Assembly: GCA_963839475.1 (NCBI GenBank)
Contig: CAWIVH010000019.1
Coordinates: 202,725-266,724, forward strand
Direction: 5' to 3'
Length of the DNA: 64,000 nucleotides
Source: an uncultured Acidobacteriota bacterium
Lineage (GTDB): Bacteria; Acidobacteriota; UBA6911
Of the stretch, positions 48,307-59,296 are shown in pieces. The notes beneath the pieces are model-generated. The model saw only the letters and a program-made list of their open reading frames with translations. It searched no databases and was not told where the DNA came from. Both the position numbers and the translations under genes were made by a program. How positions within the stretch are numbered: position 1 is the first letter of the stretch; each line of letters starts with the position of its first letter.

Positions 48307-49737
48307 ATGGATACACCGCTTCGCCACTTTCTGGAGATCCCGTACGAACAGCTCGAAGAAATGAACCTTGCGGCCAAGGCCGAACGCGTTGCCGGCGAGG
48401 ATCCCGGCAAGATCCGCGAGGCCCGCACCAGGTATCTCACCGACGAGAAACGCATCAAGGCGGTAACGGTCTGCTTTACAGATCTGGAAGGCCGTTTCCA
48501 TATGCTGGACTACGACAAGAAATTCCTTTTGAAATCGGCCGACAACCTGACTTTCGACGGCTCCTCGATCCGAGGCTTCTCGCGCCAGGCCGAATCGGAT
48601 CTCCGCCTGACGATCGACTGGCCGGCTTTTTACCACCTTCCGGCCGATGTATTCGGTCCCGGGAAAGTGCTGGTTTTCGGTGACGTCTGCGATCAGGACG
48701 GCACCCCGTATATGGCGGACCTGCGCGCGCGCCTCAAGGCTTTCGCAGCCGACCTGCGCAAAAACGACATGGTGGCTCTCGTCGCCAACGAAATCGAGGG
48801 TTTCATTTTCAAAGGACGCGATGCGGAAAGGCGCTACTTCGAGACCGGCCAGTTTGAGTATGTTTCCACCGGCGGATACTACCACTCGCTGCCGGGAGAC
48901 ACGCTGCGCAGGTTCATCGACGCTTCCGCCGAGGTGCAGCGCGCACTTGGCTTCGGGAACGAGAAGGACCACCCCGAGGTCGCTCCGTCACAGTTCGAAA
49001 TGAACTACACCTACGCCGAAGCAACCGTGGCCGCCGACCAGGTTCAGCTGTACAAGCTGATTGCCCGCCAGGTTGCGGCGCAGATGGACCTGACCGCCTC
49101 CTTCCTGCCCAAACCGGTCGCAAACGTCAACGGCAACGGCTGCCATACCAACATGTCGATCGCCAAGGCTGGCAAGAACATTTTCTACGACAATAAAGGG
49201 CAGGACGGACTGTCCGACTTTGCCTGGAAGTTTCTCGACCGCATCCTGGCGAACGCAAACGACCTCTGCCTGATATTGAATTCGAGTGTGAACTCCTATC
49301 GCCGGCTGGACCCGCATTTCGAGGCTCCAAACCAGATCAAGGTTTCGCCCTCCGATCGCGGCTCGATGATCCGCATTCCGATCGGCAACGAGCGGACGGC
49401 CCGCATCGAGGTGCGATCCATCGCGCCCGACGCCAATCCCTACATGGCGATCTACTCCCTATTCAGGACCGGACTCGAGGGACCGGCTCTCAAAGTAAGC
49501 AACGGCAAGCAGCAGGAAATCCGCTACCTGCCCGACAACATCTACGATGCGATCAATCTGTTCAAGGACAGCAAGTTCGCTCAGGAGCTGCTCGGCGCGC
49601 AGGTGCACGAAAAGTATGCCGAACTGAAGCTCGCCTCCGCGGAACGATGCGCCAAGGCGCTTGGCGCCCGCGTAAAGCGAAGCGAGATCCAGTTCCACCA
49701 CGAGGTGACGAACCAATACCTGTGGGGCCAATTCTAA
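48307..49737 (+). CDS. glutamine synthetase family protein (GlnA-like, type I fold)
   Basis: Start at ATG 48307 (AAGGAGAG upstream). GS catalytic motifs KPVANVNGNGCHTNMSI, NSSVNSYRRLDPHFEAP and SIRIPIGNERTARIEVRSIAPDANPYMAIYSLFRTGLEG. Confidence 0.8.
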   Translation: MDTPLRHFLEIPYEQLEEMNLAAKAERVAGEDPGKIREARTRYLTDEKRIKAVTVCFTDLEGRFHMLDYDKKFLLKSADNLTFDGSSIRGFSRQAESDLRLTIDWPAFYHLPADVFGPGKVLVFGDVCDQDGTPYMADLRARLKAFAADLRKNDMVALVANEIEGFIFKGRDAERRYFETGQFEYVSTGGYYHSLPGDTLRRFIDASAEVQRALGFGNEKDHPEVAPSQFEMNYTYAEATVAADQVQLYKLIARQVAAQMDLTASFLPKPVANVNGNGCHTNMSIAKAGKNIFYDNKGQDGLSDFAWKFLDRILANANDLCLILNSSVNSYRRLDPHFEAPNQIKVSPSDRGSMIRIPIGNERTARIEVRSIAPDANPYMAIYSLFRTGLEGPALKVSNGKQQEIRYLPDNIYDAINLFKDSKFAQELLGAQVHEKYAELKLASAERCAKALGARVKRSEIQFHHEVTNQYLWGQF

Positions 49738-49859
49738 AAGCCGGATTGCACAATCTCGCCGGATCGCCCCGGGTCCGAACATTCCCCGGGGCGATCCGAA
49801 GTCGCATCGGAACATCCATAAATTCGATCCTGGTTGAACCGAGCATCGAGGCGGTCGAT

Positions 49860-51197
49860 ATGAACCAACCTCCAGTCTCCACGCGGCGCACTTTCCTCAA
49901 GACCGTCACCGCCGCCGGCGTCGCGGCTCCCTTTGTTACACGCGGACTGATGGCCGCTTCTCCGAACAGCATGCTGCGGCACGTCAGCTTCGGCACCGGC
50001 GGAATGGCAGCGGCTGACCTTGGTGCGATCACCTCGAGCCAATTCGTCAAACTGGTCGCCGTTGCGGATGTGGATCTCAATCGGACCGCGGCTATCAAGA
50101 ATCGGTTTCCCGACATCAAGGTCTATCAGGACTGGCGCGAGTTGCTGGACAGGGAACATAAGAACTTCGATTCGGCGAATGTCTCCACTCCCGACCACAT
50201 GCACGCCGCTATCGCGATGAGCGCGATGCAGCTTGGGAAGCATGTCTATGGCCAAAAACCGCTCGCGCACGACCTCTTCGAGGTCCGCCGGCTGACCGAG
50301 ATGGCGGCCCGGAAGAAGCTGGTCACCCAGATGGGCATCCAGATTCACTCGTCGGTCGAATACCGGCTTGCGGTGAAGCTGGTCCAGGACGGCGTCATCG
50401 GGAAGATCAAGGAGGTCCACACCTGGAGCAACAAAAAATGGGGTGATACCGAGCCGCTGCCAAACCGAACAGATCCAGTCCCCGATGGCTTCAATTGGGA
50501 TCTCTGGCTCGGCGTCTGTGCCACGCGGCCGTTCATCGGCGACCACTATTATCATCCGGGCAACTGGCGAAAGCGCCTCGACTTCGGCTGCGGCACTTTC
50601 GGCGATATGGGCTGTCACATCTACGACCCGGTATTCAAGGCGCTCGACCTCACCGCGCCGGTCTCGGTGCGCAGCGAAGGCGCCAGTCCAAATCAGTGGA
50701 ACTGGGCTACCGACGCCCTCATCCATTATATCTTCCCAGGCACGAAATTCACCGACGGCAAGACTGTGCAAGTCACCTGGTACGACGGGGACCGACGCCC
50801 CGGCGAAGACGTGCGGGCCTTGCTCGAGGAAGACCCGCTGCCGGATCAGGGTTCCATCCTGGTCGGAACAAAAGGCGTGATGGTGATTCCCCATATCTCC
50901 AAGCCCAGACTTCACCCCAAGGCTCAGTTCAAGGACTTCCAATTTCCCGAGGTGACCGGCGAAAATCACTGGCTGCAGTGGGTGGAAGCGTGCCGCGGCA
51001 ACGGAAGAGCGGCAGCCGGCTTTTCCTACTCCGGGCCCCTCACTGAAGCCGTGCTCCTGGGAGGAGTCGCAACCCATTTCCCCCAGACAACGCTCGAATG
51101 GAACGCCAGGAAGCTGAAATTTACCAACGTGAAGGAAGCGAACCACCTCGTACGCCGCACCTATCGCAAAGGCTGGTCCGTAAAGAAGCTCTCGTAA
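49860..51197 (+). CDS. Gfo/Idh/MocA-family oxidoreductase with Tat signal
   Basis: Start at ATG 49860. Tat motif TRRTFLKTVTAAGVAAP. Rossmann motif RHVSFGTGGMAAADLG. The antisense ORF 49734..51338 was rejected. Confidence 0.85.
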   Translation: MNQPPVSTRRTFLKTVTAAGVAAPFVTRGLMAASPNSMLRHVSFGTGGMAAADLGAITSSQFVKLVAVADVDLNRTAAIKNRFPDIKVYQDWRELLDREHKNFDSANVSTPDHMHAAIAMSAMQLGKHVYGQKPLAHDLFEVRRLTEMAARKKLVTQMGIQIHSSVEYRLAVKLVQDGVIGKIKEVHTWSNKKWGDTEPLPNRTDPVPDGFNWDLWLGVCATRPFIGDHYYHPGNWRKRLDFGCGTFGDMGCHIYDPVFKALDLTAPVSVRSEGASPNQWNWATDALIHYIFPGTKFTDGKTVQVTWYDGDRRPGEDVRALLEEDPLPDQGSILVGTKGVMVIPHISKPRLHPKAQFKDFQFPEVTGENHWLQWVEACRGNGRAAAGFSYSGPLTEAVLLGGVATHFPQTTLEWNARKLKFTNVKEANHLVRRTYRKGWSVKKLS

Positions 51198-51223
51198 TGA
51201 GAGTGCCTGGTTCAAATGCCCTG

Positions 51224-51255
51224 AGATCCCTTTATTGGGATCTTCTGCTGTTTCC
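51224..51255 (+). terminator. possible rho-independent terminator
   Basis: AGATCCC-TTTATT-GGGATCT hairpin (7-bp stem) followed by a T-rich stretch TCTGCTGTTTCCC, 27 nt after the stop of the oxidoreductase gene. Confidence 0.35.
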
Positions 51256-51498
51256 CTGCTCTGGAACTTAGATTCACATGAACCTGGCACCAATTTAAAA
51301 TCAGGGCACATGCACGCAGCCGGCGCCGAGATCACCATTCATGTTGCCGCTGATGGTCAGAGCGGTGATTTTGACATGAGAGATCCCCGGTGATCCTAAT
51401 CCCTGGTGGTGATATTCTGGATCCAATAGGAAAAGCGGAATTGCCGTCTTTCACCCGGCCTGATTTCAAGGCCTGAAACACGGAGGCTGCAAGAGGCG

Positions 51499-54234
51499 AT
51501 GCACAAAAAATCTTTGCGGGTATCACGGCGTCTTTTCCTGGGCAGCCTAAGTGCGTCTGCCGTGGTTCCGGGCGAGAGACTGCCCGCAGCTGTTCCATGC
51601 TCCAGAACGGGGAACCCTATGAACGAAATGAGCAGCAACAGTCCGTCAGCCACCGGGATCGTCGACGGCCCCCCTTCGCCGCTTTTCACGCCGATTCCGA
51701 TCGCAGGCAACTGCACCATCGCCGATCTCGCAAAAACCGACCTGTCGGAACGTCTGCGCACGAGCCTCCCTTACGTTCCATGGGGCGATTGCGTCTTCTG
51801 GGGTATCCCATTCCAAATCGGCAGAATCGCCCTGGTGAGGCGCGAGCCTTTCGAATTCAAATGGCCGGAGCTGGAAACCTCCTGGCTGGTTGTCGTGCAC
51901 ACGACAGACATGGTGCACCCTGAAATCAACGAACACGGGCTGATTGCCTCGACACGGGGTCAAGGCCTGCTGCGCCAGCATGTTGCAGATTACATTTTCC
52001 AATATACGGACGGCACCGAAGAAAAGGTGCCGATCATGCGACAGCATCAGATCGGCATGATGTGGCGGCCATGGGGCATCAACTGCTTCGAAGCCGTCGC
52101 CCATCAAAAGCCCTATGCTATGCGCACCCTCTCGGAGCAGCCGCGCCCGGGATTAACGTGGGGGCCGACGCAGTTCCGACTGGGGCAGCCCGATTCGCAA
52201 CGCTGGGTCAACTGGCTCTGGGCCTGGGAAAATCCGCACCGGGACAAAAAACTCGCGGGTATGCGCATCGAGCCCGCGGCGGGCGCGTTGATACTATCGG
52301 CGATCAGCGCGGGTCGAACTTCGTCGATTCCCCTGCGCTGGGGAGCCAGGCAAAAAGCCGTTCTCAGACTGCCGGAGGGATCGGTTTTTGATCCGGCGCT
52401 CACCGATAAAGGGCTGTCGAAACACCTCCAACTGGACCTGGGCCAGATTATCTCCATCCAGCGGAAGGTTTCCTATCCCGATCGAACCTGGGAAGAGACC
52501 TACAACAACAAGTCTCCGGAGCGATCGGGCAAGGAACTTCTGATTGAATACACGGCCCATGAAGATGCCCGCTTTCACTTGCCCGACGGTTCCACCATCC
52601 CGGCAGCTCAAGCAGGGAAATCGCCAGGCGGACCAATTATTGAAGTGAATGCTGCCAGCCGTCGCGTCCGGCTGCGTGTGATCGACAAATCGAGCGGCAA
52701 GCCCGTCTCGGTGAAACTCCATGTTCATGGAGAAGCCGGCGAGTACCTGGCTCCGGTCGACCGGCATCGCATTCCCAACCCCCTGTGGTATGAAGACTGG
52801 AGCGTCGACTACGTCAATTCCGATTCGCATTACTGTACCTACATCCCCGGGGAGACGGAGATCGATCTTCCGCCGGGCCGGGTTTTCGTGGAGATCAGCA
52901 AGGGCTTCGAAATCGCCCCTATTCGCCGGATCGTGAACATCGATTCAGGGAGTACAGAGCTTGTTTTCACCATTGAGCGTGTTCTTCCCTGGCGCGAACA
53001 CGGCTGGGTGACTGCCGATACACACGTCCACTTTCTCTCCCCGGGTTCCGCACTTCTGGAGGGAGCTGGTGAAGGCGTCAATGTGGTGAACCTCCTCGCC
53101 AGCCAGTGGGGCGAGCTTATGACCAATATCGGCGATTTCGACGGCCGCACGACCTACGGAACGCGCGAGTCGGGCGGAGACGGCGAATACCTGGTGCGCG
53201 TGGGCACTGAAAACCGGCAGCACGTGCTGGGACACATATCGCTCCTGGGCTACAACGGATCGATCATCGCCCCGATGACGACGGGCGGGCCGGATGAATC
53301 GGCCCTCGGTGACCCGGTGGAGATCCTTCTGACCGAATGGGCCCGCCAGTGCCGCAAACAGGGCGGCATCGTCGTGGTGCCTCACTTTCCCCGCCCCCGA
53401 GCCGAACACGCCGCCGCGATTGTGCTGGGCGAAATCGACGGTGTCGAAATGACTTCGTGGTCCGACTTGTACGGCGGGATCGATCCCTATTCCCTCTCGG
53501 ATTGGTACCGATACCTGAACTGCGGCTACTTTGTCGCCGCGGTAGGCGGGACCGACAAGATGGCTGCAACTACGGCTGTGGGTGCGGTCCGCACGTACGC
53601 GAAGCTGCCGGCCGGAACCCTTCTCGACTATGAGGCATGGAAGAAAGCGGTGCGCACCGGCGATACTTTCGTGACCTATGGCCCTCTCATGGAATTTTCC
53701 GTGGAGGGAAAGCCCGCAGGCTCGAGGATCAGGATGCAGCGAAGTGGAGGCCGCGTGGCGGTCGACTGGAGGGTCGCGAGCGTTACTGTTCCAATGAGCA
53801 AAGTGGAGCTGGTCATCAATGGCGAGATCCGGGAGAGCCGTTCCATCCATTCCCGGGAAGACAGCGGGCAATGGACCGTCCACGTGGACCGGAGCTCCTG
53901 GATGGCTCTGTTGGTGCGGGGCCACTACTACGACAAGCCCGAAATCATCGCAGCTCATTCGTCCCCGGTGATGGTTGAAGTGGAAGGCACTCAGTTCTAT
54001 GCCGCCGCTGACGCACTCACCGTGCTGGAGCAGATCGAGGGAGCCCTGGCCTATCTCGACACTCTCGCCACACGCGCGGAGACTGAAGCCTATAAGCGGA
54101 TGCGGCTGGTGCTCACCAGTGCGCACCGGGCTGTCCACAACCGGATGCATCAGCAGGGAACCATGCACGATCACACCCCTGCCACCTATCATGATGAGCA
54201 TCGCAAAAGCGATGCAACGCGCAAGTTTCGTTGA
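51499..54234 (+). CDS. large hypothetical protein with putative metal-dependent hydrolase (PHP/CehA-like) core
   Basis: 911-aa ORF. Tat-like N-terminus SRRLFLGSLSASAVVP. Metal-hydrolase-like motifs WVTADTHVHFLSP .. VVVPHFPRP. Function not assignable from sequence alone. The antisense ORF 52945..54201 was rejected. Confidence 0.55.
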   Translation: MHKKSLRVSRRLFLGSLSASAVVPGERLPAAVPCSRTGNPMNEMSSNSPSATGIVDGPPSPLFTPIPIAGNCTIADLAKTDLSERLRTSLPYVPWGDCVFWGIPFQIGRIALVRREPFEFKWPELETSWLVVVHTTDMVHPEINEHGLIASTRGQGLLRQHVADYIFQYTDGTEEKVPIMRQHQIGMMWRPWGINCFEAVAHQKPYAMRTLSEQPRPGLTWGPTQFRLGQPDSQRWVNWLWAWENPHRDKKLAGMRIEPAAGALILSAISAGRTSSIPLRWGARQKAVLRLPEGSVFDPALTDKGLSKHLQLDLGQIISIQRKVSYPDRTWEETYNNKSPERSGKELLIEYTAHEDARFHLPDGSTIPAAQAGKSPGGPIIEVNAASRRVRLRVIDKSSGKPVSVKLHVHGEAGEYLAPVDRHRIPNPLWYEDWSVDYVNSDSHYCTYIPGETEIDLPPGRVFVEISKGFEIAPIRRIVNIDSGSTELVFTIERVLPWREHGWVTADTHVHFLSPGSALLEGAGEGVNVVNLLASQWGELMTNIGDFDGRTTYGTRESGGDGEYLVRVGTENRQHVLGHISLLGYNGSIIAPMTTGGPDESALGDPVEILLTEWARQCRKQGGIVVVPHFPRPRAEHAAAIVLGEIDGVEMTSWSDLYGGIDPYSLSDWYRYLNCGYFVAAVGGTDKMAATTAVGAVRTYAKLPAGTLLDYEAWKKAVRTGDTFVTYGPLMEFSVEGKPAGSRIRMQRSGGRVAVDWRVASVTVPMSKVELVINGEIRESRSIHSREDSGQWTVHVDRSSWMALLVRGHYYDKPEIIAAHSSPVMVEVEGTQFYAAADALTVLEQIEGALAYLDTLATRAETEAYKRMRLVLTSAHRAVHNRMHQQGTMHDHTPATYHDEHRKSDATRKFR

Positions 54235-54417
54235 TTGAATTCAGCAGTTTGAACCCGGGTCCGTTCATGCGGAGCCGGATTTTATCCCGGACGAGATGAT
54301 TGCCGGCACTCCGCCGCATGATTCGGGTCTTCGAGCCTGGCGGCTCATCCGGCAGATCCGAACACCCTGCCGGTCGATTCAATATCGTATCAAGGATCTC
54401 TCATCCCCGGCCCCGCT

Positions 54418-55527
54418 TTACCGGCGAGGCCGCCGGAGTATGACGCAAGTGGTATCATCGTATCGCGGTTCGCGGCCGACAAAGGCATCCACGGAGGTCA
54501 GGATCCGCGTCAGCAAATCCGCGCTGCTTATGTCCGGGGCCGAGCCCAGGAGGCTGAGGAGCCGCAGCTCGCCGTACTCTTCCCCGCTATTGTTCTGAGC
54601 CTCAACGACGCCATCGGTAAAAATGATGAGGCGGTCGCCGGCGCTTATAATGGATTCTCCGGCGTCGTACTGGAAATTTTTGTCGATTCCCAGCGGCGGG
54701 CCTCCTGTTTCCAGGCGTTCTATCGCGCCGTTGCCGCGCATAAGCATGGGATAGTTATGTCCGGCATTGATGTAATGCAAAATACCGGAGGTCGTGTCCA
54801 GCTCCGCCAGGAATGCGGTCGTGAAGCGCAACCCGCCGAGGCTGTTCTCACAGGTGTATCGGTTCACGCTGTAAACCAGTTCGACGAGTGGAATGGGGCT
54901 TGCGGCGAGTGTGCGGAGACTGGCTTGGAAGGTGGCCATCAACAGCGCGGCGGGGACGCTTTTGCCTGCGACGTCTGCCACGACAAGCGTAAGCCGCTCC
55001 TCCTGCGGGCCTCCTGCCGGTCCCGGCCGGAGGAATACATCGTAGTAGTCTCCCGATACCGTATTCGCAGGCCGGGTCACGAAAGCGATGTCGATGCCGG
55101 GGATGGGCGGCGCTGCTTTCGGCACCAGCCATGCCTGTATCTCCCTCGCAATCTCAAGATCCCGCTTCATGGTGATGCGATCCGCGAGCTCGAGACCCAG
55201 GACTATGAGCACAAGTATCGACCCGACGATTATCGCTCCCTGCTCCTGCTGCCTCCCGGCCAAAATCAACAGCAGACCAAAAACCAGGCAGATGCGGCGT
55301 GCTGCCGATAATTCCCAGAAAAGTGCAGCCGCGATTTTCGCGATCTGCTTCCATCGCGGCAGCCGCCGGAATGCTTCCGAATCCATCTTTCGGGAGTACA
55401 CCCCATAGCTGGTCCGCGCTTCCGACGTCAGCTGCCTCCAGAGATCGCGAAGCGCCATCCCTTCTGTCAACCTGCCCCACAACCCAGAGCTTTTGCCGAA
55501 AGGATTCATAATCGATACCTCCAGCAA
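54418..55527 (-). CDS. membrane-anchored PP2C/SpoIIE-type Ser/Thr phosphatase (RsbU-like)
   Basis: Two N-terminal TM helices (IAAALFWELSAARRICLVFGLLLILAG, AIIVGSILVLIVLGL). PP2C/SpoIIE motifs TVSGDYYDVF .. LVVADVAGKSVPAAL .. INAGHNYPML .. FTDGVVE. Confidence 0.8.
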   Translation of the reverse strand: MLEVSIMNPFGKSSGLWGRLTEGMALRDLWRQLTSEARTSYGVYSRKMDSEAFRRLPRWKQIAKIAAALFWELSAARRICLVFGLLLILAGRQQEQGAIIVGSILVLIVLGLELADRITMKRDLEIAREIQAWLVPKAAPPIPGIDIAFVTRPANTVSGDYYDVFLRPGPAGGPQEERLTLVVADVAGKSVPAALLMATFQASLRTLAASPIPLVELVYSVNRYTCENSLGGLRFTTAFLAELDTTSGILHYINAGHNYPMLMRGNGAIERLETGGPPLGIDKNFQYDAGESIISAGDRLIIFTDGVVEAQNNSGEEYGELRLLSLLGSAPDISSADLLTRILTSVDAFVGREPRYDDTTCVILRRPRR

Positions 55528-55640
55528 AAATCCAGCCTGCTCCGAATTACATCACCATTCAGATTACACGGCTATCGATTATTTATTCATGGAGTGTCAA
55601 CTGCAGGCAATGAACCCTTGTCGACATTCAATCATTGAAA

Positions 55641-58600
55641 TCAATATTTCAGACCGAAACCGTAGGGGAAAAGGGGATCATAATCCGGATCCCCGACATT
55701 GATGGGAACCTGCGACAGACTTCTGGGCCAGCTGCAGGGGAGCTTTCCAGCGGGGCTGTAATCGCCGAATAGAACATCAGTTACGCCCTGGCCTTCGGTT
55801 CCCGGAAGCCAGGCAGCGATAAGGGCATCCGCTTTGTCAAGGGCGGAACCGAGGATCAGAGGCCGACCCGAAACCAGAATAACCACCAGCGGAATTCCGC
55901 TTTGCCTGATATTGTCGATGACGGCGGTATCCTGCGCGGAAAGGCTCAGCGTGGCAACTATCGCCCGGGCCTTCGGCATAGGGTGGTTCCCCGATGATGG
56001 CGATGGCGACATCGGCTCCTGCGGCATTGGTTCCATCGGGGGAGTGAACCACTTGGGTGGAGACCGCGACCGACTGCCGGATAGCTTGCAGAATCGTGGT
56101 ACCGGTGGTGATGTTCCCCGCACTGCCCTGCCAGGAAATAGTCCACCCTCCGCACTGGCGCCCGATGTCGTCCGCGCTCAGCCCCGACACCATTACCCGG
56201 CGCAGGTTCTTGGAAAGAGGCAGGAGGCCGTCCCGGTTCTTCAGCAGCACCAGGGACTGGCGTACCGCCTCGCGAGCCGCTTCCCGGTGTTCCGCCGAAC
56301 CCAGGCGGGTCCGGTAGCTGTGATCACTGAAGGGCGACCGGTCGAAAAGCCCCGCGGCAAATTTCACCCGGAGGATTCTCCGGACGGCGTCGTCGACGCG
56401 CGACACCGGGATCTCGCCGGCCAGCACGAGGCTTTTGAGGGTGACGAAAAATTCCTGGTGCCGCTCCGGCACCATCCCCATGTCAATCCCCGCGTTGATG
56501 GCAGCTTTTACCTGGGCGCGATAGCTCCCGCCGGGGAGTTGGTCGATGGCGGCCCAATCCGATATCAGGAAACCCTCGAAGCCCAGCTCGCCTTTGAGCA
56601 CATCGGTAAGGAGGTATCGGTTGCCCGTCATTTTTTGCCCGTTCCAGCTGCTGAAGGAAACCATGATGGTCCCGACTCCGGCCTGGACGGCCGCCCGATA
56701 CCCGGGGAGGTGGACGCGCCTCAGTGTCGCTTCATCCATCTGAGTATCCCCCTGGTCTATCGGGTTGCCGGTGCCCCAACGGGTGCCCCCGTCGCCGAGA
56801 TAATGCTTGGCGCAAGCCACAATGCCCGACGGGTCGGCCAGACTAGACCTTTGATAGCCGAGAACAGCGGCCCGCCCCATTGCCTGAACGAGATCCGGGT
56901 CTTCTCCAAATCCCTCGTAGGTGCGGCCCCAACGTTCATCGCGCGGCACGGCTACGACCGGAGAGAAGGTCCAGTTCATGCCCGTCGCCCTCACTTCGCT
57001 TGCGGTGATTCGCCCGGCAATCTCCGCAAGGGCGGGATTGCGTGAAGCGCCCAGGCCGATGTTGTGGGGAAAAATCACCGCGCCGCGGACGTTATTGTGG
57101 CCATGCACCGCATCGATTCCATAGAGGATCGGGATCTTCAGCCTGGTTTTTAACGCCTGGGACTGAAAATCGTCATACATGTCCGCCCAGGCGTCGACCT
57201 GGTTGGATGCCGGTCCGGAACCGCCGCCGCTCAGGACAGATCCGATGAAATAGTTTTGGATATCGCCTTCGCGGAGCGAGCCGCGCTCGGCCTGGGTCAT
57301 TTGTCCAATCTTTTCATCCAGCGTCATTCGGCCGATCAGGTCGTCCACTTTAGGGTCGAATGCAGAGAGGGGCCTGGCATCCGGCCGATAGGGGGCTATG
57401 GGCAGAGAGGTATATTTTGATCCGCGACAGAGGAGGGACAGGCCAGCTACCGGAGCGGGGATATCCTCCCCGAACCTGGCGTCCCAGCTCGTTATTTCAA
57501 GTCTGCCGACGAAGTCGCGGGCAGCAATTCCCGGCACCTGGGGAAAGAGTTCATAAATAAACTGCCCCAGGCCGGTAAATGCGGAGAGGTGCAGAACCCT
57601 CTCTGCGACCGGATCCTGTTCACGAATCGAAACCTTCCCCGTTCCCGATCCTTCCTGACCCGAGGAGTCGAAGTACAGACGAAGGCGAACGACCCGGTTG
57701 TCTGCCGAAGCGTTACTCAACGCGAGGCCGGTGAGTATCTCCCCCTTCTCCCGCACGTAAAAGAGGCTCTTCGCCTCTGTCGAGAGACCGGGGACTCCGA
57801 TCTCAGATACAAAACTGCCGTTGTTCTTTTCACGGATGGTGAGGCCTGCGCCGCTTCCCAGCGGCCTGTCGGACGTGATTTTGGCCCATCCGATAGTTCC
57901 CGGATTGGATCTCCCCCCGGTGATCAGTTCCGCGGCACCGAGGGCGGGAATGGTCACCGTAAATCGGCTTGCGGTCGTTGGCCCGATGGTCACGGCCATG
58001 GGGGTGCCGTCGTTGGTAAAGAGTTCCAATGTGGCTGCCTGGCTCTCTTCGGAGTTGTTGAAGATCCAGAATGCAGTCTGCAGGCGCACGTCGCCCAGCG
58101 GCCCGTCACCAATCCGGGGGAAAACAAGATCGCGGGCAGTCTGACCGGACGCAGGGGGCGGCACGCTCGGCAGGGAGGTGTAGTTGGCGCCCCGGGAGCG
58201 AAGGGCGACCAGGGAAATGGGGAGATCGGAAGATAGGACCAGTACGCCGCTGAAATCCCGCAGGTCAGCCTGGCCAAAGGTTTCCGTCACATACTCCGCC
58301 TTCTGTGCGAGGGCCGAGAGGACCTCCGTTTTCGATGCTACCAGGCTCCCGTTCAACGACCTGAGCTCGAACAGGAGATTGGCGTTTCTGCCCGGATCCG
58401 GATTGCACAGGGCGAAGGCGGAGCTGTTGCCCCGGGTGTTTTCCGCCAGGATCATGAGCCGGTAGGCCGGCGGCGAATTCCCTATCCCCACCTCGGATTG
58501 GAAAATTCCTTTGTCGTCGGTAACAGTGAAGGTGGCAAAACCGCTCAACTCGGCATCCGCAACCACCTTGACCCAGCCTGTCTTCAAGGGGCCTGTGCCA

Positions 58601-58962
58601 TCGGTTTCGAAGCGCAACGCCTGCCCGGCCCCCAGGGCGAAACTGAAACTGTCCGCCCTTCCGAGGCTGGTGCCCAATGGCAGCGGAATGCCTGTGTTGC
58701 CATAAATCTGGAGCAACCCTGCGGCCGATCGTTCCGTGTGATTGATGAGGAGGACGCTGGAGCGGTAAGCGATTCCTCCGCTCGAGCCGTTGGCGATCTG
58801 GGGGAAAATCAGTGCCGTGCCCGACGCGGCTGCCGGGGCCGATTGAGCCGAGCTGGCAATGTCGGCACCGGGATGGCCCGATCCCGGGGATGGGACCGGA
58901 CTCCATGGAAAAAGAACTCCTAAAAACAGCGACAAAATAGCAACCACAGCCCACTTTTTCAT
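55641..58962 (-). pseudogene. glycoside hydrolase family 3 (beta-glucosidase-like) with ~500-aa N-terminal uncharacterised beta-rich domain; frameshift near 55960
   Basis: Track ORF 55837..58962 carries the GH3 catalytic N-domain ([12 protein letters not shown] .. [14 protein letters not shown] .. [20 protein letters not shown]). After ..[12 protein letters not shown] its last 38 codons are junk. The GH3 C-terminal domain ([32 protein letters not shown] .. [26 protein letters not shown]) continues in track ORF 55641..56123 in another frame. A single-nt indel at ~55960 separates them. Confidence 0.75.
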
Positions 58963-59296
58963 GGCCGGACCGTTCTCGCCCCTCAGTTTACTCCAGTAAA
59001 TGGTGACAGGCTAGAATTGCACCCATTGGAAACCGGTTTCTATGGCAATCGGGCCCCCGCGATGAGGCCGGGGATGCACGTGAAGTATGCAGCTTGAAAT
59101 GAATAGATGCAGCCGAGACGGAGGGGCTGATTGCCGGTGTTGCGAAAGGGCCATGACACTTTATGGTGAGTGGACACCCATCCACCCCGGTTAGAGCAAG
59201 ATGGGCTCCCTGAATACTGCAGTCGAGTCCATAACCCAAGGGATCGGAGGACCGCTCAAGAAATAAGATCCGCTTGCAGCCGCCCCCCAAACCGGG

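Noticed and set aside
51280-51300. TGGCAC-containing sequence resembling the -24 element of sigma-54 promoters.
   Set aside because: No TTGC -12 element at the required spacing.
58988-59290. 100-codon open frame directly in-frame after the TGA stop of the hydrogenase large subunit.
   Set aside because: The translation is not protein-like. A large subunit ending at DPCxxCxxH is a known state. There is no Sec-type context (NiFeSe enzymes carry Sec within DPUxxC, not after the His).
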